Positions 1 through 10,308 of a stretch of DNA of 49,462 nt are shown piece by piece. This DNA comes from a virus. Taxonomy: Duplodnaviria > Heunggongvirae > Uroviricota > Caudoviricetes. Position 1 is the stretch's first letter. Each line of letters begins with the position of its first letter. The position numbers and the translations under genes are program-made. Where the stretch lies: IMG/VR virus record IMGVR_UViG_3300010365_001407, positions 1 to 49,462 of that record; one strand, given 5' to 3'. The notes below the pieces were generated by a model. That model was given only the letters and a program-made list of their open reading frames with translations. It was not told the origin of the DNA and made no database searches.

Positions 1-660
1 ATCAAAAACATCACCAACAAATTCATAATTATTTCTCTTTGTTGGAAATGGTTTGGTTTCAGATTTAACTCTTATACCAAACTCTGAATGTTCAACCACA
101 TTATTTATAGTCATTGGGTATATAAATTGTCCTAGGAAATCTTGGTCATCTGCTTGATAAATTCCTTTTGGAGTATGTGTTTCCCATTTTAATAATAAAT
201 CATCAATATTTGATATTTTGTTATTTCTACAACCCCACATACCAGTTAATATTGGCCAAGGATGATAAGGATGGTCTCTCATTATATGAAAATCTTTATC
301 ACTACTTAACCATTCATTTACTGCACTAACTTCTCTCTCTGATATTCTTGAGTCACAATCTCTAAATAGTATTACATCAATATCTTCTTCTTTAAGAGGT
401 AGAAATCTCCAGAATATACCACTATGATTAAATCTACTATTTTGATTATTAAAAGTATATTCTTTAGATTTCATTAAAATAACTTCAACATTATCACCTT
501 TTATAGTTTCAATTAACTCTTCTTTACTATTCTCATCTATGTAAAATCTACAAATATAATCAGGGTAGTATTTTTTGGCCAATTCAATATTATGTAATGC
601 ACCATTCCAATACATTAAACCATCACCCCATAGACAAAAAACTATTAGTTTTTTCTTCAT
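1..660 (-). CDS. glycosyltransferase-like protein, runs off window start
   Basis: Manual translation from ATG at 660: MKKKLIVFCLWGDGLMYWNGALHNIELAKKYYPDYICRFYID...ILFRDCDSRISERE...FHIMRDHP; DxD motif; TAATG-coupled to upstream ORF; no stop before position 1. Confidence 0.6.
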   Translation of the reverse strand, partial: MKKKLIVFCLWGDGLMYWNGALHNIELAKKYYPDYICRFYIDENSKEELIETIKGDNVEVILMKSKEYTFNNQNSRFNHSGIFWRFLPLKEEDIDVILFRDCDSRISEREVSAVNEWLSSDKDFHIMRDHPYHPWPILTGMWGCRNNKISNIDDLLLKWETHTPKGIYQADDQDFLGQFIYPMTINNVVEHSEFGIRVKSETKPFPTKRNNYEFVGDVFD

Positions 661-1391
661 TAATTATTTAATTTTTTTATAATCTCATCAAAACGAGATT
701 TATTTGAAATTTTATGTAATGGTGATACAATTCCATTTGACCATCTTTCTCTTTGATGCCACATATGAATTACAGTATTATCTAAAAGATTTGTGGTTTG
801 TAATTCTTCACCAAATACTGGTTCCAAATAATTGAATTTAATACCATTATCTTTCAATACCCACATAAAGTCATAATAAGGTTCAGTATCAGGTTTCCAT
901 ATTAATCCTACTGGTTTTCCAGATGAACCCCACTCCATATTATATTCATAATGTGAATGGTTTTTCTTTTCAAATGGATATTCTTCTATCCACTCTTTTT
1001 TAAACTGAGGTATTGATTTATGATTATGCCAAGTATCTATAACTTTTCTATTCATAATCATAAAGAAAGAATTAAATGCCATATGATTACCACTTCTATA
1101 TTCAAAATGACCATCTGGTGGTCCAGAAATATCCATATTATTCTCAGACATATATTCAACTAATTCCAAAATTCCTTTATCTGATGTGATAAAACAATCC
1201 TCATCTAAATGTATATACCAGTCAGATTCAATATCTTTTGCTAAATCTAACCATTTATACCATATTGTAAACCATCCACCTCTACCATCAATTATTATAT
1301 GTTGACTATCTGGAAATTGTTTCTTTATACAATTGGCTTGTGTTTCTTGTATATCTGAAAATGTACTTGTTGTAAAAAATGTAAATTTCAT
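660..1391 (-). CDS. putative glycosyltransferase-like protein
   Basis: HLDEDC (DxD) motif; in operon with gmd/fcl. Confidence 0.5.
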   Translation of the reverse strand: MKFTFFTTSTFSDIQETQANCIKKQFPDSQHIIIDGRGGWFTIWYKWLDLAKDIESDWYIHLDEDCFITSDKGILELVEYMSENNMDISGPPDGHFEYRSGNHMAFNSFFMIMNRKVIDTWHNHKSIPQFKKEWIEEYPFEKKNHSHYEYNMEWGSSGKPVGLIWKPDTEPYYDFMWVLKDNGIKFNYLEPVFGEELQTTNLLDNTVIHMWHQRERWSNGIVSPLHKISNKSRFDEIIKKLNN

Positions 1392-1398
1392 TATTTAA

Positions 1399-2433
1399 TT
1401 ATATTTTTATATCATTTTTCATCATGATTCCTACAAGTTCTTTGAACTTTACTTTAGGTTCCCAACCTAATTTCTCCTTGGCCTTTGTATAATCTCCTAA
1501 GAGAGTATCAACCTCTGCAGGTCTATAATATCTATCATCAATTTCAATTATTACTTTACCATCTTTAGTAACTGCCTTTTCGTTTACTCCCTCACCTATC
1601 CAATCTATATCTATTTCACATTCTAAGACTGCCTGGTTAACAAAATCTTTAATTGAGTATGTTTCATTAGTTGCTAAAACATAATCATCTGGAGTGTCTT
1701 GTTGTGTCATTAACCACATTCCATAAACATAGTCTTTAGCATAACCCCAATCTCTTTTAGAATATAAATTACCTAATTTCAATGTTTCAAAATTGGTTTT
1801 ATCAGTTAGTGCTTTTTTAATTTTACCCAAAGCAATAGTAATCTTTCTTGTAACAAATGTCTCACCTCTTCTCTCACCTTCATGATTAAAAAGTATTCCA
1901 TTACTAATATGCATTCCATAAGATTCTCTATAATTCTTTGTTATCCAAAGACCATACATCTTGGCACATCCATAAGGAGATCTTGGATGCATAGGTGATT
2001 CTTCTGTATAACCAGTGGTTGGCATATTATAACCCATCCCACCATATAATTCAGAAGTAGAAGCTTGATATATTCTTGCTTTAGGATGATGGTTTTTTAC
2101 TGCTTCTAAAACTGCTAGTGTACCTAATCCATCAACTTGTGCAGTATAATAAGGTATTTCAAATGAGACTTTAACATGAGATTGTGCACCTAAGTTATAA
2201 ACTTCATCTGGTTTAATCTCATTTACTAGGTTTGATATAACTAAAGGATCAGTTAAGTCACCATAATGTAATTTTATCTTATCAAAAATGTGATCTATTC
2301 TATCAGTGTTAAATGTAGAACATCTTCTAATTATACCATGTACTTCATAACCTTTTTCTAAAAGAAGTTCAGCTAAATGTGAACCATCCATCCCTGTTAT
2401 TCCTGTTATAAGTCCAACTTTTTTATTTGACAT
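1399..2433 (-). CDS. gmd: GDP-mannose 4,6-dehydratase
   Basis: [46 protein letters not shown] motifs. Confidence 0.97.
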   Translation of the reverse strand: MSNKKVGLITGITGMDGSHLAELLLEKGYEVHGIIRRCSTFNTDRIDHIFDKIKLHYGDLTDPLVISNLVNEIKPDEVYNLGAQSHVKVSFEIPYYTAQVDGLGTLAVLEAVKNHHPKARIYQASTSELYGGMGYNMPTTGYTEESPMHPRSPYGCAKMYGLWITKNYRESYGMHISNGILFNHEGERRGETFVTRKITIALGKIKKALTDKTNFETLKLGNLYSKRDWGYAKDYVYGMWLMTQQDTPDDYVLATNETYSIKDFVNQAVLECEIDIDWIGEGVNEKAVTKDGKVIIEIDDRYYRPAEVDTLLGDYTKAKEKLGWEPKVKFKELVGIMMKNDIKI

Positions 2434-3343
2434 AATCTTTATATGTTTTTTCTATACCTTCTCTAAGATTTGTTTTGTATTTCCAACCTAATTCACTAAG
2501 TTTAGAAACATCTAATAGTTTTCTTGGTGTTCCATTAGGCATTTCAGTGTTGAAGTAAATATCACCTTTGAATCCAACAACTTCTTTAACTAACAATGCC
2601 AAGTCTTTAATTGTTATATCTTCTCCAGTGCCAATGTTTACTATTTCAGAATCATTATAATTACACATTAAATGTAAGCAAGCATCCGCTAAGTCATCAA
2701 CAAATAAAAATTCTCTCATTGGTGAACCATCACCCCATATCTCAACTTTATCATTATTATTTAATTTAGCTTCATGAAACTTTCTAATCATTGCAGGAAG
2801 TACATGAGAATTATTCAAATCATAATTATCATTATAACCATATAGATTTGTTGGCATAACTGAAATAAAATTAGTATCATATTGTTGATTAAAACTCTGA
2901 CACATTTTAATACCTGCAATCTTTGCAATTGCATAAGCATCATTTGTAGGTTCTAATGTACCAGTTAGTAAGTATTCTTCTTTGATTGGTTGTTGACATA
3001 ACTTAGGATAAATACAAGATGAACCTAAGAAAAGTAATTTCTTAACTCCAAAATGTTTAGCAGAATGAATAACATTAGATTGAATCATTATATTATCATA
3101 GATAAAGTCTGCTTTAAAATCAGAATTTGCTTTTATACCACCAACTTTAGCAGCACATAAGAAAACATATTCAAAAGAATGTGTCCAGAAAAAATGTCTA
3201 ACATCTTCTTGATTTTTTAAGTTTAAATCTTGTTTTTTTGTAGTAATTATATTAGTAAATCCTAATTCTGTTAATTTTCTTAAAATAGCTGAACCAACCA
3301 TACCTTTGTGTCCTGCTATAAATATCTTTGAGTCTTTTTGCAC
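2423..3343 (-). CDS. fcl: GDP-L-fucose synthase
   Basis: [52 protein letters not shown] motifs; adjacent to gmd. Confidence 0.96.
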   Translation of the reverse strand: MQKDSKIFIAGHKGMVGSAILRKLTELGFTNIITTKKQDLNLKNQEDVRHFFWTHSFEYVFLCAAKVGGIKANSDFKADFIYDNIMIQSNVIHSAKHFGVKKLLFLGSSCIYPKLCQQPIKEEYLLTGTLEPTNDAYAIAKIAGIKMCQSFNQQYDTNFISVMPTNLYGYNDNYDLNNSHVLPAMIRKFHEAKLNNNDKVEIWGDGSPMREFLFVDDLADACLHLMCNYNDSEIVNIGTGEDITIKDLALLVKEVVGFKGDIYFNTEMPNGTPRKLLDVSKLSELGWKYKTNLREGIEKTYKDYVK

Positions 3344-3406
3344 TATAGAAAATTATTTTTTATTTATAGTTGGTATTTGAATTTTGTTTAAAAAAAAAGA
3401 AGAGTA

Positions 3407-5512
3407 TTACTCTTCTTTTTCTTCTTTTTTCTTTCTTGTTTTCTTAACTTCTACAAAAGAAATATCATTTTCCTTATCATAGTCTAAGTTAAGTGTAGTT
3501 CCTTGTTTAGGATTGTTCTCAATGATGTATTCAGTCACAGTATCATCAATCCATCTTTGAATTGCTCTTTTCAATGGTCTTGCACCAAACTTAGGATCAT
3601 ATCCAACAGTAACCAAGTGTTCTTTTAAGTTTTCAGAGATAGTTAATTCATAACCAATATCAGAGCCTCTTTGTAGAGTTTTAACTAATTCTAAGTCAAC
3701 AATTTTAAGAATTTCTTCTTTACCTAAATCTCTAAAGTAGATGATTTCATCCAATCTATTGATAAACTCAGGTGCAAATTTCTTAGATAGTTCTTTTTCT
3801 AAGATACCTTTGATTTCTTCAACTCTTTTGTCTGCTTTACCTTTAGTAGAGAATCCAACTCCAGTTCCAAAATCTTTAACTGTTTTAGTTCCAACATTTG
3901 ATGTCATTAATATAACACAATTCTTAAAACTAACTTTTCTACCATGTGAATCAGTAACATGACCATCATCTAACATCTGTAAGAATAAATTAAATACATC
4001 AGGGTGTGCTTTCTCAATTTCATCAAAAAGAATTACTGAATAAGGTTTTCTTCTGATTTTGTCTAAGAAGTTTGCGTCTTCATACCCAACATACCCAGGT
4101 GCAGCACCTTGAATTCTTGTTAATGATATTTTCTCCATATACTCAGACATATCTAATCTGATTAAAGCATCCTCAGTTTCAAACAAATATTTAGACAATT
4201 GTTTTGCCAATTCTGTTTTACCAACTCCAGAGTTACCAATTAAGATACCACTAAAGATTGGTTTGTTTGGATCCTTCATACCAACTCTACCTCTTTGAAT
4301 AGATTTAACAATTTTCTTAACTGCATCATCTTGTCCAATAACTTTACCAGCAATGTTATCATACATCTTAGCAAGTTTAGTATTCTCATTTTGATTTACT
4401 CTATGAGCAGGAATACCAGTAATCATTGCAACTACTTCTGCAACATTTTCCTCTGTTACCGTTTCTTTGTTCTCAATACAATACTCTTCCCATTTTTCTT
4501 TTTCAATATTCAAAGACTTTTCAAATTGTTTCTCAGTATCTCTTAACTTAGCAGCATCTTCATACTTTTGTTGTTTGATAACAAGATTTTTCTTTTCTCT
4601 AATCTCTGTAAGTTTAGTTTCAAGTTGAGTAATTGCTTCTGGAACTACAATATTTGAAATGTGAACTCTTGCACCAGCTTCATCTAAAGCATCAATAGCT
4701 TTATCAGGTAAGTGTCTATCAGACATATATCTTACCGTCAAGTCAACACAAGCAGCAATTGCTTCTGGTGTATAAACTACATTGTGGTGGGACTCATATT
4801 TATCTTTAATATTGTTAAGGATTTCTAAAGATTCTTCTGGAGTAGCTGGTTCAACAATTACTTTTTGGAATCTTCTTTCTAATGCAGAATCTTTTTCAAT
4901 ATGTTTTCTGTATTCATCAAGAGTTGTTGCTCCAATGATTTGGATTTCACCTCTTGCTAAAGCTGGTTTAAACATATTAGAAGCATCCATAGAACCAGAT
5001 GCACCACCTGCACCAATCATAGTGTGTATTTCATCAATAAACAAGATAATGTCTGGTTGGTTTTCAACTTCAGCCATAAGAGCTTTAATTCTCTCCTCGA
5101 ATTGTCCCCGATACTTCGTCCCCGATACCATTGCTGCCAAATCCAACATAACAACTCTTTTATCAAAGAGAATTCTACTAACTTTTCTTTCAACAATTCT
5201 AATTGCCAATCCTTCTGCAATTGCTGATTTACCTACTCCGGCCTCTCCTAAAAGTATCGGATTATTTTTCTTTCTTCTTGATAAAATTTGAGATACCCTT
5301 TCAATTTCCTTTTCTCTACCAACAATAGTATCAAGTCTTCCTTCTGCAGCCATTTTTGTTAAGTCTCTAGAGTAAGTATCTAAGACAGGTGTATTAGATT
5401 TTTCATTACTTGATTTTTTAGGATTTCCAAACTTGTTATCATATTCATCATCATCATCTTCTAAAGATGCTTTAATTTCAAATGATTTTTTAAGATTTTC
5501 TTTATAAGTCAT
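3407..5512 (-). CDS. clpC: ClpC/ClpB-family AAA+ ATPase lacking N-terminal Clp-repeat domain
   Basis: Two AAA modules (GEAGVGKS/FIDEIH; GNSGVGKT/LFDEIEKAH), UVR-type coiled coil (QQKYEDAAKLRD), FGARPLKR; NBD1 begins about 40 aa from the start. Confidence 0.9.
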   Translation of the reverse strand: MTYKENLKKSFEIKASLEDDDDEYDNKFGNPKKSSNEKSNTPVLDTYSRDLTKMAAEGRLDTIVGREKEIERVSQILSRRKKNNPILLGEAGVGKSAIAEGLAIRIVERKVSRILFDKRVVMLDLAAMVSGTKYRGQFEERIKALMAEVENQPDIILFIDEIHTMIGAGGASGSMDASNMFKPALARGEIQIIGATTLDEYRKHIEKDSALERRFQKVIVEPATPEESLEILNNIKDKYESHHNVVYTPEAIAACVDLTVRYMSDRHLPDKAIDALDEAGARVHISNIVVPEAITQLETKLTEIREKKNLVIKQQKYEDAAKLRDTEKQFEKSLNIEKEKWEEYCIENKETVTEENVAEVVAMITGIPAHRVNQNENTKLAKMYDNIAGKVIGQDDAVKKIVKSIQRGRVGMKDPNKPIFSGILIGNSGVGKTELAKQLSKYLFETEDALIRLDMSEYMEKISLTRIQGAAPGYVGYEDANFLDKIRRKPYSVILFDEIEKAHPDVFNLFLQMLDDGHVTDSHGRKVSFKNCVILMTSNVGTKTVKDFGTGVGFSTKGKADKRVEEIKGILEKELSKKFAPEFINRLDEIIYFRDLGKEEILKIVDLELVKTLQRGSDIGYELTISENLKEHLVTVGYDPKFGARPLKRAIQRWIDDTVTEYIIENNPKQGTTLNLDYDKENDISFVEVKKTRKKKEEKEE

Positions 5513-5649
5513 ATTTTTTTAGTTTAATTATTAATAGTTATAGATTTTATATTATGTATTGTTTATTTAATTGGAACATTTTACCTCTATATTTTACTCC
5601 AACAGGGAGAAGATACTTTTTAATATATAAATAAAAAGTAATAAAGTTT

Positions 5650-6552
5650 ATGCCTAAAAAAATGACATTAGAAGAATTTATAGAGAAAGGTATTTCTATA
5701 CATAAAAATAAATATAATTATTCAAAATCTATATATTTTAATAGAGATACAGGGTTAATAATTATATGTAACAAACATGGTGAATTTATACAGAAACCAA
5801 GAGTACATATACAAGATAGATGTGGTTGTCCTAAATGTGATCCAACAAGTATATTAGGAAATGATAAATTTATTGAGAAATCTATAATAAAGCATAAAAA
5901 TAGGTATGATTATTCAAAGGTTGAATATACCAAGAATAGTGAAAGGGTTAAGATTATATGTAAAGAGCATGGTGAGTTTATACAAGTAGCAGGAGCTCAT
6001 TTAAGAGGACAGGGTTGTCCTAGTTGTTATACTGGTAATAAGAAGTCAAATACAAAAGAATTTGTTGAGAAATCCACATTATTACACAATGGTTTATATG
6101 ATTATTCATTAGTTGACTATAAAACTAAAAGGGAGAAGGTTAAAATTATATGTTTAGATCATGGAGTTTTTGAACAGAAGGCTTCAGTTCATTTATCAGG
6201 ACATGGTTGTCCTATTTGTAGGAATTCAAAATTGGAAAAATATCTAAGAAATAAATTAGTTGAACTTGGTATTGATTTTGAACAAAATAAAAGATATGAT
6301 GATTGTAGAAACTTTTTACCTCTTCCATTTGATTTTTATTTAAAAGATATTAATATTCTAATTGAGTGTGATGGTATTCAACATAGAGAACCAATTAAAC
6401 ACTTTGGAGGTGAGGACAGATTAGAATATCAAAAGTTTAATGATTCCATAAAAGATGATTATTGTTTAAAAAATTCAATTAGATTAATAAGGGTTACTAA
6501 TTTTTCTGAGATAGATAATATTTTTAATCATTTTCATTTAAAATTTGATTGA
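5650..6552 (+). CDS. putative homing endonuclease (Zn-binding repeats + C-terminal PD-(D/E)XK/Vsr-like domain)
   Basis: Three repeats of YDYSKV...IICKEHGEF.Q...H..G.GCP.C, then PFDFYLKDINILIECDGIQH. Confidence 0.75.
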   Translation: MPKKMTLEEFIEKGISIHKNKYNYSKSIYFNRDTGLIIICNKHGEFIQKPRVHIQDRCGCPKCDPTSILGNDKFIEKSIIKHKNRYDYSKVEYTKNSERVKIICKEHGEFIQVAGAHLRGQGCPSCYTGNKKSNTKEFVEKSTLLHNGLYDYSLVDYKTKREKVKIICLDHGVFEQKASVHLSGHGCPICRNSKLEKYLRNKLVELGIDFEQNKRYDDCRNFLPLPFDFYLKDINILIECDGIQHREPIKHFGGEDRLEYQKFNDSIKDDYCLKNSIRLIRVTNFSEIDNIFNHFHLKFD

Positions 6553-6847
6553 GAATATCTTCTCTTCTTTCAAGTATATCAGTATCAATAACATCACAGA
6601 GTATCTGTAAATGCAATTTAGTTTTGAATATTATATCCATACTTTTTATTACACAACTACTTGCAACAAACTTATTATTACTCATAGTAAATGTGTTCCA
6701 GTTCTCATACTTACTAATAAAGTAATCATAATACTCAGGGTATTTCTGAATATCAATTTCTAAGCCAATGTTGGCATGAGACATTATTGTAAATTGTACA
6801 TTAATATTTGAGATATAGAATATATCTTCTTCAATTTTGATCCACAT
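6524..6847 (-). CDS. hypothetical protein
   Basis: ORF track; ends in RREDILNQIL motif. Confidence 0.6.
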   Translation of the reverse strand: MWIKIEEDIFYISNINVQFTIMSHANIGLEIDIQKYPEYYDYFISKYENWNTFTMSNNKFVASSCVIKSMDIIFKTKLHLQILCDVIDTDILERREDILNQILNEND

Positions 6848-6883
6848 AAAATGACCTTTTTTAGGTTATATCATTTAATGTTC

Positions 6884-7228
6884 TTAAAGTTTTTTATCTT
6901 CTAAATAGGTCAATAGATTTTCTAAAAGTTCATCTGCTCTTTCTTTAAACTCTTTCTGCTTATCAAAGGTTACATTTGATGTATAATAATCAATTCCTTT
7001 ATTTATATGAAATGCTTGTACTAATTCATCTGGTACAAATACACCAGAATATTTCATTTGCATTATATAAGGTAATACTGTTGATTTAGGATCAATTGAA
7101 AATGGATCCATCATAACATCATATGATTCAGGTAATGGATTTTTTGTATAGTCTTTAGCACCATCATCGCCATGTACATAAAATGCACCAACTTTACCTT
7201 CTAAATGAACTTTCATTGTGTTTTTCAA
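6884..7228 (-). CDS. hypothetical protein
   Basis: ORF track; downstream of TAATATATA at 7252-7260. Confidence 0.6.
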   Translation of the reverse strand: MKNTMKVHLEGKVGAFYVHGDDGAKDYTKNPLPESYDVMMDPFSIDPKSTVLPYIMQMKYSGVFVPDELVQAFHINKGIDYYTSNVTFDKQKEFKERADELLENLLTYLEDKKL

Positions 7229-7263
7229 AAGATTTAATATGTTTCATAACATATATATTAAAT

Positions 7264-7295
7264 AAAAAAACCCAGACTTTCATCTGGGTTTTTTT
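7264..7295. terminator. intrinsic terminator (bidirectional)
   Basis: A7-CCCAGA ctttca TCTGGG-T7 immediately after the NADAR stop. Confidence 0.8.
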
Positions 7296-7767
7296 ATAAT
7301 ATTTCTTGTTTGACTAAGTTTATAGCTTGTCCTAAAAGGTTTAGACCTTTCCAGTTTATTGGATTTTCAACTCCTTTATCATTCTCTGCCATTCCAATAC
7401 CCCAAATGTTATCTACTGGTGATGCTTCAACTAAAATTCTGTTTTCAGTATCTTTCAGTTCTTGAAGTAAGTCAGGGTTTTGTTTAAATTTATGAAGATT
7501 ACCTTTATAAACTATAGATAAACAAACTTTATCCCAAACAGCCTTATCAAATCCTTTTATTTTTCTACCAAGAGCTTTATGTTCTCTTGGGTTTATTTCT
7601 TCTAATATTTCTTTAGCAATTTCATCATCATTGAATGTAAGTGCTTTTTGATGCATCATATACTGTTCACAACAGTTATATTCAATTCCATCTATTGTCA
7701 TTGGTGCAATATACCATTGTGAGTATATACCATTCCAAAAGAATACATATTTATCAGTTATTCTCAT
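7294..7767 (-). CDS. NADAR (YbiA-like) family protein
   Basis: FFWNGIYSQWY, EQYMMHQKA, KALGRKI, LVEASPVDNIWGIG, GLNLLG motifs. Confidence 0.9.
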   Translation of the reverse strand: MRITDKYVFFWNGIYSQWYIAPMTIDGIEYNCCEQYMMHQKALTFNDDEIAKEILEEINPREHKALGRKIKGFDKAVWDKVCLSIVYKGNLHKFKQNPDLLQELKDTENRILVEASPVDNIWGIGMAENDKGVENPINWKGLNLLGQAINLVKQEIL

Positions 7768-7773
7768 TTTATT

Positions 7774-8109
7774 TTATAATTGTTTTTCTATTAACTTTTC
7801 AAGTTTTATTAAAACTTGATTGTCAATTTTTACTAAGTTACCATCCACAAAAACTTCTTCTATAGTAACTTCTGTTTCTGTAACCTCTACATCACAAGAT
7901 GGTGGTGTCCAATAATCACCACAATCTTCATTAATAGTTCCATCAACATAAACTTCAAAGTTGATAGTTACTTCTTTATCACCATCTTCAAAGGTAATTG
8001 TTTGATTTTTTTCTGTAAAAGATCCTTCATTCTCATAGAACATATCTGAAATACTCTCAGAGTTTAAGAAATCACCATCTACAAATTTTAAATTATCTAA
8101 GTTTATCAT
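7774..8109 (-). CDS. hypothetical acidic protein
   Basis: ORF track 7774..8133; its TTG start lies in a promoter box, so ATG at 8109 is preferred. Confidence 0.6.
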   Translation of the reverse strand: MINLDNLKFVDGDFLNSESISDMFYENEGSFTEKNQTITFEDGDKEVTINFEVYVDGTINEDCGDYWTPPSCDVEVTETEVTIEEVFVDGNLVKIDNQVLIKLEKLIEKQL

Positions 8110-8164
8110 ATCTGTTTCTTTATTAGAGTACAAATATAAGGAACTTATCCAAGATAAAAAAATA

Positions 8165-8632
8165 TTATTGAATTTTTGTTATCTCAGAGAAAACATTTTT
8201 TCTTGGTTGTCTTTCTTTTGTCTTTGCAGTTACTGCATGTGGATGTTCAACTTTAGTTACAGGACTTGGTGTTTTATCTTTAGAGACATAAGACTTAGTT
8301 GTAACTTTATTCTTAACTTTATAAATCTCAGTTAATTTCTGATAGATTTCTTCATGTTTAGACTTATTTACTCCAACTTTAGTAAGATAATCAGTTATTG
8401 AACTCTTTGGGATTTCTTCAAATCTTTTACCTGTTGCTAAAATTGCCTCACTTAAAGCATCAATTATTTCTTTCATATTTTTATGTTTTTCTTGTTCTTT
8501 TGTTACATACCATCCTTTAGGATATTTAATACCTTCCGGACCTGTAATTCCTTTTGGACCTTCAAAGCCATTATATTTCTCCATTAATGTAGAGAGCTTT
8601 TGCATTTTTGCCTTTGTTAATTGTGTTGCCAT
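8165..8632 (-). CDS. hypothetical basic protein
   Basis: ORF track; stop/start overlap with upstream gene. Confidence 0.6.
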   Translation of the reverse strand: MATQLTKAKMQKLSTLMEKYNGFEGPKGITGPEGIKYPKGWYVTKEQEKHKNMKEIIDALSEAILATGKRFEEIPKSSITDYLTKVGVNKSKHEEIYQKLTEIYKVKNKVTTKSYVSKDKTPSPVTKVEHPHAVTAKTKERQPRKNVFSEITKIQ

Positions 8633-9126
8633 TATAATACAATTATTTCATCAAAACCTTCATCTAATGTAGGAACAACATAGTTTGAAATCATACTTCT
8701 CAATACACCATCTGGAATGTATTTGTTTTCTGTTTCATTTCTATAATCATTTCTTCTTTTATATTCATCCATTGGTAGAATAGGGAAAGCAACTGCTGCT
8801 TTATAATAGTCTTTACCAAAATAAGCTAAGTTTGCTTTTCTGGTTTTTGGTGTTAAGTTTGTCATATCAACTAAGACATTTCTACCTTCTTTACCATATT
8901 CAGTCATTCTATCTCTTAAAGTTTTATCTACTTTCTTTTGGTCAACATTTTTAAATGCTTCTGAATAGTTTCTTGAACCATATACTTCCATAAGTATTTC
9001 ATCCCTTGAAATAACTTCTGTATCAGGAAAGTATTTTTTAATAAAAGTCGTCTTACCTGATAGAGGAGGACCACATAAAATTAATATATAAGGAGTTGGT
9101 AAGTTTTTAAATTTATCTAAATTCAT
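8632..9126 (-). CDS. P-loop kinase (AAA_33/polynucleotide-kinase-like)
   Basis: LILCGPPLSGKTT, ISRDEI, VLVDMTNL...R motifs. Confidence 0.75.
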   Translation of the reverse strand: MNLDKFKNLPTPYILILCGPPLSGKTTFIKKYFPDTEVISRDEILMEVYGSRNYSEAFKNVDQKKVDKTLRDRMTEYGKEGRNVLVDMTNLTPKTRKANLAYFGKDYYKAAVAFPILPMDEYKRRNDYRNETENKYIPDGVLRSMISNYVVPTLDEGFDEIIVL

Positions 9127-9181
9127 TGTATTATTATTTAATTAAATATTATAATACAAATATAAACAAAGTTTTTTAATT

Positions 9182-10261
9182 ATGAAAAAAAGAATGAATA
9201 GATTTAGTATAGAAGATCAAATGGAGAGGTATAATATTACAAGAGAAGACGCAGAAGATAAAATTAAAGAATTAAAAAAATGCAGTATAAATAAATGGAA
9301 TATATACTCTGTAGAAGACCAAATGAAGAGGTATAATATTACAAGAGAAGAGGCAGAAAATAAAATTAAAGAAATTAAAAATGTTAATGTCTTTTCTGTT
9401 GAATGGCAGATGAATAAATTTAATATATCAAAAGATGATGCAATACTTAAAATAGAATCTATAAAAAATAAACATAAAAACACACAATCAAAAATGACTG
9501 AATTTGATTTCAATTCTATGTTACCTAGTAAAAAGGAGCACTGGATCAAAAAAGGATTTTCTGAGGAAGATTCAATATTAAAATCAAAGGAAATTATTAA
9601 ACAAGCAACATATAAATTAAATGAATTCAATAAAGATAAATTGTTAAATCCCAAAAAATATATTGGTATGTTTAATACAAGTATTGAATATTATTTAAAA
9701 AAAGGTTATTCTAAAGAAGAAAGTAGAGAATTACTAAAAGAAAGACAATCTACATTTTCAATGTCTAAGTGTATTGAAAAATATGGTAAGGAAGAAGGTA
9801 TGCAAAAGTGGAAAAATAGACAAGAAAAATGGTTAAGATCTCTAATGGTTAATGGAAATCTTAAAAATGGTTACTCTAAAATAAGTAATGAGATGTTCTG
9901 TAAGATAGTTAATAGACTCAATATAGAAGAGAGTGATTATGTTAAATATTACAATCTAAATGGTGAATTTTTTATAGAGAGTGATAATACTTATTATTTA
10001 TATGATTTTAAGTATCTAAATAAGATAATTGAGTTTAATGGTGATGTGTATCATGGAAATCCAACTATTTATAAAGAAGATGATATTTGTGTTAACTTTA
10101 AAGACAAACCTCTTATAGCCAAAGAACTTTGGGAGAGAGATAGAATAAAAACCAATTTAGCAATTGAGAATGGATTTGAAATATTGACTATATGGGAGTC
10201 TGAATATAAAAGTAACAAGGAACTTACTATTAAAAAGTGTTTAGATTTTATAAAAAATTAA
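9182..10261 (+). CDS. putative homing endonuclease with N-terminal tandem repeats and C-terminal PD-(D/E)XK/Vsr-like domain
   Basis: Three S(I/V)E.QM..YNITREEA..KI..IK repeats; YDFKYLNKIIEFNGDVYHGNP...GFEILTIWE. Confidence 0.65.
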   Translation: MKKRMNRFSIEDQMERYNITREDAEDKIKELKKCSINKWNIYSVEDQMKRYNITREEAENKIKEIKNVNVFSVEWQMNKFNISKDDAILKIESIKNKHKNTQSKMTEFDFNSMLPSKKEHWIKKGFSEEDSILKSKEIIKQATYKLNEFNKDKLLNPKKYIGMFNTSIEYYLKKGYSKEESRELLKERQSTFSMSKCIEKYGKEEGMQKWKNRQEKWLRSLMVNGNLKNGYSKISNEMFCKIVNRLNIEESDYVKYYNLNGEFFIESDNTYYLYDFKYLNKIIEFNGDVYHGNPTIYKEDDICVNFKDKPLIAKELWERDRIKTNLAIENGFEILTIWESEYKSNKELTIKKCLDFIKN

Positions 10262-10308
10262 TTTTTGGATTAACAATTTTTATATATACAAAAAAGTAAT
10301 AAGTTTAA

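Noticed and set aside
3741-5291. Antisense and alternate-frame ORFs inside clpC, and similar ones inside other long genes (e.g. 9217, 35641, 37888, 41622, 44387)
   Set aside because: Shadow ORFs of well-supported genes with no motifs or promoters
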